Assembly (NCBI GenBank): GCA_018897105.1
Contig: JAHILF010000031.1
Span: forward strand, 7,632 to 71,631
DNA from: Pseudomonadota bacterium
Lineage (GTDB): Bacteria > Desulfobacterota > Desulfobulbia > Desulfobulbales > SURF-16
Direction of reading: 5' to 3'
DNA length: 64,000 nucleotides
Shown here: one piece after another, positions 30,241-38,313 of the stretch
Layout: each line of letters opens with the position of its first letter
Numbering within the stretch: the first letter of the stretch is position 1
Position numbers and translations under genes: made by a program
Notes under the pieces: generated by a model
The model's input: only the letters and a program-made list of their open reading frames with translations
Told to the model about the DNA's origin: nothing
The model's database searches: none

Positions 30241-30258
30241 CACATATCAAGTCAATTC
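30241..30258 (+). other. attC site 2, 5' remnant interrupted by IS256
   Basis: R'' CACATATC (exact complement of GATATGTG at 28691), spacer AAGTC, partial L'', then the IS left end. Confidence 0.75.
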
Positions 30259-31800
30259 GGTAGTGTAAAATTCTTTCTGTAAATTCCGTTGAGGCTGGTT
30301 ACAAAAAAGCAAGCCACGACTTATCTTTCCGTTTTTCACCCACCACGGTCAAAATCAGAAGGAGATCATCATGGCTTGCTTAACACAGGATACTCAATTT
30401 GGAGAGCTTTTGGAACTTGTAGCGTCAAAAGGGTTAGATGAAATTTCGGAGCCTGTTGCGCTGCTTTTCAATCTCGCAATGCGCTTGGAAAGAGAAAAAT
30501 ATCTCAAAGCCGGCGCCTATGAACGAACAGAGCAAAGGGAGGGCTATGCCAATGGCTTTAAGCCAAAGACGATCAAGACCAGGTTTGGCCAACTTGACCT
30601 TGCCGTGCCTCAGGTCAGAGACGGCGGCTTCTACCCCAATAGTCTTGAAAAAGGGATGCGTTCCGAACGTGCCTTGAAACTGGCCCTGGCTGAAATGTAT
30701 ATCCATGGCGTTTCCACCCGGAAAGTGGCGCGGATTACAGAACAAATGTGCGGCTTTGAAATCTCATCTGGCCAAGTGAGCAGGGCCTCTGCTGACCTTG
30801 ATGATCTCTTGGAAAAATGGCGAAATCGGCCATTGGGCTGCTTCCCTTATGTCTATTTGGATGCCATGTATGAAAAAGTTCGCCAAGGAGGTCAGGTCGT
30901 TGACTGTGCTGCATTGATTGCTATTGGCGTCGATGATACTGGCAGACGCCAAGTCTTGGGCGCCTCTGTCAAATTATCGGAACACGAGGTGCACTGGCGC
31001 TCGTTTCTGAATAGTTTGCAGAGCCGTGGGCTGCATGGCGTGCATTTATTTATAAGTGATGATCATGCCGGTCTGAAGGCTGCAAGAAAAGCGATTTTCC
31101 CAGCAACGCCTTGGCAACGGTGCCAGTTTCATCTACAACAAAATGCGCAGTCTTATGTCCCCAAAAAGTCATTAAAAAAAGGGGTGGCAGCGGAAATTCG
31201 GGCCATTTTTAATGCCCCGAGTGATACCGAAGCAAAACGCCTCGTGGGGTTGTTTGTTGATAAATATGAAAAGGTTGCCCCTCCTCTGTCTCAGTGGGCA
31301 GAAAAAAATATCCCGGAAGGGCTTGCTGCCATGCAGTTTCCCGAAGAGCACCAGAGGAAAATCCGAACTTCCAATATGCTTGAGCGGGTAAACAAAGAAG
31401 TCAGGAGGAGAACAAGGGTCGCTGGACTGTTTCCCAATGAAACATCATGCCTTCGGCTTATTAGTGCTGTACTTATGGAAATATCAGATGACTGGGCAAC
31501 AGGGAAAAAGTATTTAAAATTATGCCAATAGATGGCTCTTGGAGTCAGAAGTTTTTACTGCTTGCATACCCCTTCAACGCTTGAATCGGCTAGGGCCTCT
31601 TCCGTGCAACCAAGCTGTCGTATGCTCAAAGCGGATGGTATACAAGCAGTAAAAACTCACGCTCGTGCCTCCTTGCTCGTGATCCCCGGTTAAATGTTCA
31701 CGAGCGTAACCCCGACAAGAGATGAACTGTCGTTTGCGATATGAAAAAACGGGTGAGACCCGGGACGATTTGATTTTTACAGAAAAGAAGTTGCTTTATC
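30259..31800 (+). mobile_element. IS256-family insertion sequence
   Basis: Imperfect TIRs GGTAGTGTAAAATTCTTTCTGTAAA / TTTACAGAAAAGAAGTTGCTTTATC; no target duplication visible. Confidence 0.88.
30371..31531 (+). CDS. IS256-family DDE transposase
   Basis: EMYIHGVSTRKV, YLDAMYEKVR, ISDDHAGL, WQRCQFH and RTSNMLERVNKEVRRRT. Confidence 0.96.
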   Translation: MACLTQDTQFGELLELVASKGLDEISEPVALLFNLAMRLEREKYLKAGAYERTEQREGYANGFKPKTIKTRFGQLDLAVPQVRDGGFYPNSLEKGMRSERALKLALAEMYIHGVSTRKVARITEQMCGFEISSGQVSRASADLDDLLEKWRNRPLGCFPYVYLDAMYEKVRQGGQVVDCAALIAIGVDDTGRRQVLGASVKLSEHEVHWRSFLNSLQSRGLHGVHLFISDDHAGLKAARKAIFPATPWQRCQFHLQQNAQSYVPKKSLKKGVAAEIRAIFNAPSDTEAKRLVGLFVDKYEKVAPPLSQWAEKNIPEGLAAMQFPEEHQRKIRTSNMLERVNKEVRRRTRVAGLFPNETSCLRLISAVLMEISDDWATGKKYLKLCQ

Positions 31801-31922
31801 CAATACAAGAAAAAGACTTTGATATCGTGTTGCATTTTTTAAGAAAGTGGTGGCTAAATCATATCAGAATTGAAGACGTAAAATATGCATCTTATGTAAA
31901 AGAAAAACTTGAGGCGATCTAA
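31801..31922 (+). pseudogene. C-terminal fragment of a hemerythrin-like cassette gene
   Basis: FLRKWWLNHIRIEDVKY matches the bacteriohemerythrin C-terminal W..HI..ED..Y motif; 5' part missing; followed by attC. Confidence 0.75.
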
Positions 31923-31930
31923 TAGCAAAT

Positions 31931-32062
31931 CAGCTAACAAGGCACTGCACTGGAAAAAAAGGGGACAGGGGTTTGGGTTACTTCTCGGTACGCACCATGT
32001 TTATCTCTAATTCTATACATTTTGCTACGCACCCTTTTTTCCAGTGAGCTTTAACGTTCGAC
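31931..32062 (+). other. attC site 3
   Basis: R'' CAGCTAAC, spacer AAGGC, L'' ACTGCACT, stem GGAAAAAA/TTTTTTCC, L' AGTGAGC, 6-nt spacer, R' GTTCGAC. Confidence 0.88.
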
Positions 32063-32107
32063 GGCGACAAAATGGTTGTTGAGCGCAACTAAAAAAAGAG
32101 AAATTGA

Positions 32108-33217
32108 ATGAAAAAGAAATTATTAGCAGGATTGGCAACTGGACTATTTCTATTTGGAATGGTTGGAATAACACATGCAGTAATGATTGGTCAAGCCAAC
32201 AATGATCAAAATGTCAAAGAAAAAGTTAAGCCCCCGACAGATGATGACGCGAAGTTTAAAAGAGATCTTGTATTTTCAAATGATCTCATACGTGTTTATT
32301 CACGCCCTCCGCATATTAGCACTGTTATGGGAAAAACACTGGAAAGTTTTTCTGGATTTGACATCGAGTATGATTTCGAGCATGCAGACCGTGGAAAGTA
32401 TTTAAGCTCACAATACTTAGCCCAAATATTATTTCCACTTGCAAGAAAACACAGCGGTCGCTTACTTAGCAGAGAAGATACAGTAACAGTTTACTATTAT
32501 AAAAATGGAGAAACACATCATTGGGATTCAGTGGACTATTATTTTCCAGTTCAGGATTGGAATGGAAAGACTGCAAAATATGCAGAAATTAAACATCATT
32601 ATTTAGGTGAAGCAGCAGAAAAACAACAGAACAAATCAGATTCGTCATATTTAGGTGAGTGTGCGGTAAAAGGACCTTTCTGTGATCTGCCTGGTGGTAA
32701 ATATCTCAATGCAATTTATAGAAACGATACCAGAACCTTAGATGCTATGGATAGTAAATATGCTCTTAGAACAGATTCATTGCTTGTCCACATCGCTAAT
32801 CAATACATGTATGACTACGACAGGAAAACATACACTGGCTATTTTTTAAACACGGCTGCTGAGTGTTTTGAGTCCGGAGCCAGAACGAAAACATTTTCAA
32901 TGACAACAGATGTGGTCAACTACAAAACTCTATCAGGGTTAGATGCTGGCAGTGTTGGTGGTGACAGAGTAGCGTCAACCTATACTGTTAATGCAGAATT
33001 TTATCCGTTGCTCTTAAAGATTGGGAGTCATTTGGGTGGTAATATTGAAGAAGTAATCGCACAAAACCTGAATCTTAAGGGTATGAACATGGCACTGAAA
33101 GGAGCAAAACAGTTACAAATAAAGTACTCATGTAAAAGCAATGAGGTAAAGCAGTTTGAAAAGAATCTTATTTCTCTAACTGACCGGTTTCTTAAAAAGA
33201 AAAACTACAGTAGGTAG
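32108..33217 (+). CDS. Cassette gene: exported hypothetical protein
   Basis: Signal peptide MKKKLLAGLATGLFLFGMVGITHA; 369 aa; AT-rich; follows attC 3. Confidence 0.85.
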   Translation: MKKKLLAGLATGLFLFGMVGITHAVMIGQANNDQNVKEKVKPPTDDDAKFKRDLVFSNDLIRVYSRPPHISTVMGKTLESFSGFDIEYDFEHADRGKYLSSQYLAQILFPLARKHSGRLLSREDTVTVYYYKNGETHHWDSVDYYFPVQDWNGKTAKYAEIKHHYLGEAAEKQQNKSDSSYLGECAVKGPFCDLPGGKYLNAIYRNDTRTLDAMDSKYALRTDSLLVHIANQYMYDYDRKTYTGYFLNTAAECFESGARTKTFSMTTDVVNYKTLSGLDAGSVGGDRVASTYTVNAEFYPLLLKIGSHLGGNIEEVIAQNLNLKGMNMALKGAKQLQIKYSCKSNEVKQFEKNLISLTDRFLKKKNYSR

Positions 33218-33436
33218 TCAGGGAGAGCGCATGAAACTTGTAAATAAAATAAGCAGTTAATGTGTTAGGTGATTATAGCAATTATCTAAGATGAGGCCAA
33301 ATTGGGGTCGGGCGACGATAACTAAATGATATATTAAACAATGCCACATTTCCCTCACTGTAAGTAGCTTATATTACAAGACCACACAATCAAATTTGGG
33401 TCAAAATTGGCACTATACAACTCAAGCGGCAAAAAG

Positions 33437-33495
33437 CGCCGAACCAATAAGGATTGATGCGACGTCTTTTTGTCGCTTTCAATCCTTTGTTCAAG
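33437..33495 (+). other. Possible degenerate attC
   Basis: CGCCGAAC (7/8 complement of GTTCGACG), hairpin AAGGATTGA/TCAATCCTT, ends GTTCAAG; L'-R' spacing is atypical. Confidence 0.4.
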
Positions 33496-33605
33496 AGCCG
33501 CGATCGATCGAGTCTTTGGGGTATTGCTTCAGAGATGAAGATCCTGGGAAGAAAAAGTAAGGGGATATTTCTTGAGAAAGTTTGTTTTCGGCAGCGTGTG
33601 ACACT

Positions 33606-33651
33606 TGGGGTCAGGTCTTGAAATATAAGAATACGGCAATTCAAGACCTGA
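33606..33651. repeat. REP-like palindrome (GGGGTCAGGTCTTGAA type)
   Basis: TCAGGTCTTGAA at 33611-22 / TTCAAGACCTGA at 33640-51. Confidence 0.7.
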
Positions 33652-33875
33652 TAATCATCTAAAAGGCACCTCGCGGGAGCTGGTTTCAGCTCCCGGTGCG
33701 ACCGGAAAGGTTGGGGGGACATAAGCAGACAGGGTACGTCCATAAAATTATAAAATCATCAACATTCGCATACATTAGGCAGAAATCGTTGGCGTATCGT
33801 GTCGTCATATTTTGGGTAGCGCTTGCCTTATAGGCCTATTGGTGATACAAATAAAAGTACAATAGGAGGTACAGT

Positions 33876-34157
33876 ATGGGCAAGTTACCAAACATCATTC
33901 CGGTGAGCGATTTGAGGCAGGATGCCGCCAAACTCCTGAAACAATTGCGTAACAATAAAGAACCTTTGATTATTACACAAAGAGGTCGGGCAACAGCGGT
34001 CATAATCGGTGTGGATGCCTATGAGCAATCTGAACACGAAAAAGAACTTTTGCGTCTTTTAGTAAAGGGAGAGAGGGAAATAGAAATAGGCGAAGGATAC
34101 GACTTGGATACTGTCCTTGCCGAAGCCGACGTCCTTTTAGCCAAGGAACCTTCGTGA
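33876..34157 (+). CDS. Phd/YefM-family antitoxin
   Basis: IIPVSDLRQDAA and PLIITQRGRATAV. Confidence 0.93.
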   Translation: MGKLPNIIPVSDLRQDAAKLLKQLRNNKEPLIITQRGRATAVIIGVDAYEQSEHEKELLRLLVKGEREIEIGEGYDLDTVLAEADVLLAKEPS

Positions 34158-34444
34158 AGGTTCAATTTACACCTTCTGCCCGAACCCAATTTCTTTCCGC
34201 GCTATCTTATATCCGAAAGGACAAACCTTCTGCAGCAGTCAGTTTTCGGAATCAAGCTGAAAAAATTCTGCGCCGGCTTGAGGATTTTCCTGAATCCGGA
34301 AGAATCATACCGGAATTTCCTGATCTCCCTTACCGAGAGGTGATTCTATCGCCGTACCGGTTTTTTTACAAAATCAAAGGCGATGTCGTTTGGGTTGTTG
34401 CAGTGTGGCATGGCGCGCAGCTTCCAAAGAAGCCGGTAACTTAA
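34154..34444 (+). CDS. RelE/ParE-family toxin
   Basis: VQFTPSA, LEDFPESGR, YRFFY and VAVWHGA; 4-bp overlap with the antitoxin. Confidence 0.93.
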   Translation: MKVQFTPSARTQFLSALSYIRKDKPSAAVSFRNQAEKILRRLEDFPESGRIIPEFPDLPYREVILSPYRFFYKIKGDVVWVVAVWHGAQLPKKPVT

Positions 34445-34777
34445 CGCCGACCATGGCACAGTCATACCCGGTTTAGGCCGTGGTAGTGTCAACTTTTTTG
34501 TGTGAAATTATTCCAAGCCGATTCCTTGAGGGGCGGCAGGTTTTTCCGCACTTTCCCAATAGTAAAATCAGGTAACACCTTACTTAATTCGGTATGGAGT
34601 GTCCCCGGAATTCGAGGACTTTTTCTACAAACTCTTCGAGTTTGTAGAAGTAAAATTACTTTCGTAACTGCAAAATCTCAACATACAAAACTCCGATAAC
34701 TTTTTGACAATGCGAAAAAATAGAGAAATAATCGATTACAAGCACTGTCTAACAAATCAAATAATAAGGAGGTCACT

Positions 34778-35377
34778 ATGTATGCAGTAGCCATAAACGG
34801 AAGTCCACGCAAAGGCGGGAATACTGAATTACTCCTCAAAGAGGTTCTCAGCGAACTTCATGATGCCGGCTGGGAAACAGAGCTTGTAAAGGTTGGCGGA
34901 ACAGCAATTCGCGGTTGTATTGCCTGTGATAAATGTTTCAAAAATAAAGACAATCAATGCGCCACGAAAAAGGATAAATTTAACGAGATCTATGCAAAAA
35001 TGCTGAAGGCTGATGCCATGATTCTCGGCTCCCCAACCTACTTTGCCGCGGTATCTGCTGATTTAAAGGCATTAATTGAAAGAGCAGGTTATGTTGCTTA
35101 TGCCAACAATAACGCTTTTTCCGGAAAAATTGGGGCAGCGGTTGTGGCAGTGAGACGGGGCGGAGCCACCCATGTATATGATACCATTAACCATATGTTC
35201 CAAATGTCAAGAATGATTATGCCTGGCTCAACCTACTGGAATATGGGCTATGGCCTCAACAAAGGAGAGGTTCTGGAAGATAAAGAAGGCCTGGCTAACA
35301 TGCGCCACCTTGGAAAATGCATTGATTGGCTTGGCAAGGCCATTGAACCCACTATTGCCAACTATCCAAGGTCCTAG
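34778..35377 (+). CDS. Iron-sulfur flavoprotein / flavodoxin-family protein
   Basis: NGSPRKGGNT, CIACDKC...C, GSPTYF and VRRGG. Confidence 0.92.
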   Translation: MYAVAINGSPRKGGNTELLLKEVLSELHDAGWETELVKVGGTAIRGCIACDKCFKNKDNQCATKKDKFNEIYAKMLKADAMILGSPTYFAAVSADLKALIERAGYVAYANNNAFSGKIGAAVVAVRRGGATHVYDTINHMFQMSRMIMPGSTYWNMGYGLNKGEVLEDKEGLANMRHLGKCIDWLGKAIEPTIANYPRS

Positions 35378-35409
35378 CTTTTCTATGTAAAAATTACAAG
35401 GAGTAGATC

Positions 35410-35682
35410 ATGACACAGATTAAAGAGGGTGTTTGTGAGGAATGTGGTAAAAATTACAGTGATATTACCACGGTCTGCGGCCATTGCGGCTATTCCCCCC
35501 ATGGGGCAACCCTCATGGCAAATGAGGATCCGTATTGGAAGTGCGGGGAGTGCGGCAGAACCGTTCAAGCTGCAAACCCACCGGAAAAATGCCCAAGCTG
35601 CGATGAAATTTGTGATTTCAAAAATATCACCTGCTACGCTCCTGAATGCGGTGGGCCGGGAAATATTGATCCGCAGCTTTGA
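35410..35682 (+). CDS. Cys-rich rubredoxin-like protein
   Basis: Multiple CxxC motifs; WKCGECG...PPEKCPSC...TCYAPECGG. Confidence 0.8.
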   Translation: MTQIKEGVCEECGKNYSDITTVCGHCGYSPHGATLMANEDPYWKCGECGRTVQAANPPEKCPSCDEICDFKNITCYAPECGGPGNIDPQL

Positions 35683-35858
35683 TGTTACACGGTGGCTCTT
35701 GGTCACAGCTTCCCTGGCCACATCTTAGAGTATTTGGCAAAGCACTTGGGGGCACCCATTTTCACATGCCCCTCATTTTCAGATCCTTTTGCTCACCAAG
35801 GCACCATGACCCTACTGCGTCCTCAGGATTTATACTCATTTCATGCCCAGGAGATTTC

Positions 35859-36299
35859 ATGAAAAAATTGACTCTTTTTCTGTCCATGGTGTTTGCCTCT
35901 TCCCTCGTATTATCCGCTCAACCGGTACTGAGTAAATTATACCGGTGGGTCGATGATAACGGAAATATACGTGTTACCGATTATCCTCCGCCATCAAGCT
36001 CAAGCGCAGGTCGTAACGATCCAACGCCACAAGCTCCTGTTGCCCGTCAACAGGTTGAGCTCTATATCACCAGCTGGTGCCCTTACTGTAGAAAAGCGGA
36101 AGATTTTTTCCGTGCCCGTGGAATTCCTTTTAAGTCCTATGACATTGAAAAGGATAAGGAGGCAGCAGCCAGGAAAAATCAGCTTGATAAGGAAGGCGGT
36201 GTGCCTTTTGCCGTCATAAACGGTTTCACCATTCATGGTTTTAACCCGGAAGTGTATGCAGATGCGCTTAGGGACTCGGAAAATGCCAAAATACCCTAA
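35859..36299 (+). CDS. DUF4124 + glutaredoxin-domain exported protein
   Basis: Signal peptide, LYRWVDDNG, WCPYC and GGVP. Confidence 0.88.
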   Translation: MKKLTLFLSMVFASSLVLSAQPVLSKLYRWVDDNGNIRVTDYPPPSSSSAGRNDPTPQAPVARQQVELYITSWCPYCRKAEDFFRARGIPFKSYDIEKDKEAAARKNQLDKEGGVPFAVINGFTIHGFNPEVYADALRDSENAKIP

Positions 36300-36449
36300 C
36301 GCATCCCGTCTTCAGGCCATCTTTGGCCGTGCCTCAATCGCAAAATCCTCGCCGGAACACTGCTACGCCTGCGGTTTTGCTCAATCGGCGCAACCAAATC
36401 TGACCCAAATCCGGGCGCGATCCAGGTAAATTAACATTTTCCGAGTCCC
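36271..36449. mobile_element. MITE with perfect 15-bp TIRs and TTA target duplication
   Basis: TTA|GGGACTCGGAAAATG...CATTTTCCGAGTCCC|TTA. Confidence 0.88.
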
Positions 36450-36553
36450 TTAAAAGACAATAAAGCGGAAAAGGGGACAGATTTTTTTAGTTTTTAGACC
36501 CCACAGACACCAGGTGATCCAGGCATTAAATTTCTGAAGGAGGAAAAAATCAA

Positions 36554-36859
36554 ATGAGAATTTCAGACTGGCTGGATAAAAAGGAAGCGGAGAAGGTGGA
36601 TGTATCTCAAATCGCCTTGCCTACAGATATGTCTTATGATGAAGTCCCGGATGAAACTATTTTTTTCAAAGAGATTAATCCTTGCGGGTTTCTCTGTAAC
36701 GAGAATCATCCCTTTTCCAAGGTCGAACTCTTTGGCCACTGGTATTACTGTAGAGGTCAGGACAAAAAAGCAGGTATTCATTCATCAGAAATGAAGTGGA
36801 GGCTGTTTACCAAGGACAAAGATCTTGCTCTGCAAACGGCTAAAGCACACATAGAATAA
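36554..36859 (+). CDS. Hypothetical protein
   Basis: Strong RBS AAGGAGG; stop 3 bp before the next gene. Confidence 0.75.
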   Translation: MRISDWLDKKEAEKVDVSQIALPTDMSYDEVPDETIFFKEINPCGFLCNENHPFSKVELFGHWYYCRGQDKKAGIHSSEMKWRLFTKDKDLALQTAKAHIE

Positions 36860-36862
36860 AAA

Positions 36863-38041
36863 ATGAGCAAACATTCCCCAATTAAAACTGCAGCATCCTT
36901 TATTTTCCTCATCGTTCTTGTGGTCGGCTTGTCAACCGTGTCCAACCGGATATGGGGCGGCAAACCCGAAGCCGCACCTGAGTCCAAGGAGCTGGTGATC
37001 GAACCGGGAATGACCGTTGCCCGGTTCGGCCAGGTCAACGAACTGCCGAATCCGGTTTTAAAGGAGATCTTTGGTTTGCAAGACAAAGCTGATCTGCAAA
37101 AAGAATTAACAGCATACGGTCCAACAGAGCAGATTGCCTCCAGGGTGAAAGGGAAACTTGCCCTGGCTGCGGAACATGGCAGCAAGAACTGGATCAAAAT
37201 CCCGGTAAAGTTTGGCCTCTGGTTTGTCTTTCTCACCTCGGTTTTCTTTCTTATGGGGAAACGCAGGGTGACTCCGGGGCTGAGAAACGGGACGCTTCTT
37301 GCCTCGATCTTTCTATTCGGCATTGCCCTGGGAGCAGACCCCAGCCCCATGGGAACGGTCAAGGATGCCATTCACCTTTATGCAACCAGCCATGTCATCT
37401 TTCCGCCCCGCATGATCGCCCTTGCCGTGTTTCTGGCAATCATTTTTCTGGCCAATAAATATATCTGCGCCTGGGGTTGCCAGGCCGGCACCCTGCAGGA
37501 TCTGCTTTTCCGCATCAACCGGACCGACAAAGCAAAGGCGGTCATCGGCAGACAGATCAAACTGCCCTTTGCCCTGACCAACACCATTCGCTGCATATTC
37601 CTCCTGCTGTTTACCATTATCTCATTTTCCTCCGGCTTTGATATCATTGACCCCATCGACCCGTTCAAGATCTTCAAACCGGCATATCTGGGACTTTTCG
37701 GCGGTATTTTTGTCGGTGTCCTTCTTCTTGCCGGCCTGTTTGTTTACCGGCCCTGGTGCCACCTTTTCTGTCCCTTTGGTCTGGCCGGCTGGCTTATGGA
37801 AAAAACAAGCCGCGTCAGAATAAGCGTTGACTATGAAACATGCATTGCCTGCGGGAAGTGTGCTGCCGCCTGCCCTTCCACGGTCATGGGCGCTATTTTA
37901 AAACGCGACAAGAAAACCATACCGGACTGCTTTGCGTGCTATACATGTCGGGAAGTGTGTCCCACGGATTCCATCCGTTTTTCCACCCGCAAAAGAACAT
38001 TGCCGCCGACCGGTCATTTTGAAAAAACAACCAATCAATAA
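36863..38041 (+). CDS. Membrane polyferredoxin (NapH/FixG-like 4Fe-4S protein)
   Basis: TM helices, CAWGCQAG, RPWCHLFCPFG and two CxxCxxCxxxCP motifs. Confidence 0.9.
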   Translation: MSKHSPIKTAASFIFLIVLVVGLSTVSNRIWGGKPEAAPESKELVIEPGMTVARFGQVNELPNPVLKEIFGLQDKADLQKELTAYGPTEQIASRVKGKLALAAEHGSKNWIKIPVKFGLWFVFLTSVFFLMGKRRVTPGLRNGTLLASIFLFGIALGADPSPMGTVKDAIHLYATSHVIFPPRMIALAVFLAIIFLANKYICAWGCQAGTLQDLLFRINRTDKAKAVIGRQIKLPFALTNTIRCIFLLLFTIISFSSGFDIIDPIDPFKIFKPAYLGLFGGIFVGVLLLAGLFVYRPWCHLFCPFGLAGWLMEKTSRVRISVDYETCIACGKCAAACPSTVMGAILKRDKKTIPDCFACYTCREVCPTDSIRFSTRKRTLPPTGHFEKTTNQ

Positions 38042-38313
38042 TCCTCTGACATCAAATCCTTGCCTGAGGCTCATTGACGGCTTCATCTTTTCCTAACGGA
38101 ACTCTCATCAAGATTTAACCAAAAACTAACCATTGACAGCGGTACATCTTCGGGCTTATTGTTAGCCATCAATGATAAATTGATAAAATTAGTTGCATTG
38201 TTCCTTCATTCCATGACTGACATGAGAGAAGAACCCAGCAATTTACCCAACCAGCATAACTGAGAAGGTAAATTTAACAGCTGAATCTTTTGTCATTCTC
38301 CCGAGAACTCCTA

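Noticed and set aside
31722-31922. 66-aa ORF as an intact gene
   Set aside because: Chimera of the IS256 right end and a hemerythrin fragment.
33390-33743. 117-aa minus-strand ORF
   Set aside because: Runs across REP-like palindromes and relic sequence; no RBS or domain evidence.
34745-38041. Isf/rubredoxin/glutaredoxin genes as further integron cassettes
   Set aside because: A CTAAC at about 34750 has no matching L/R boxes, and no attC structures lie between these genes.
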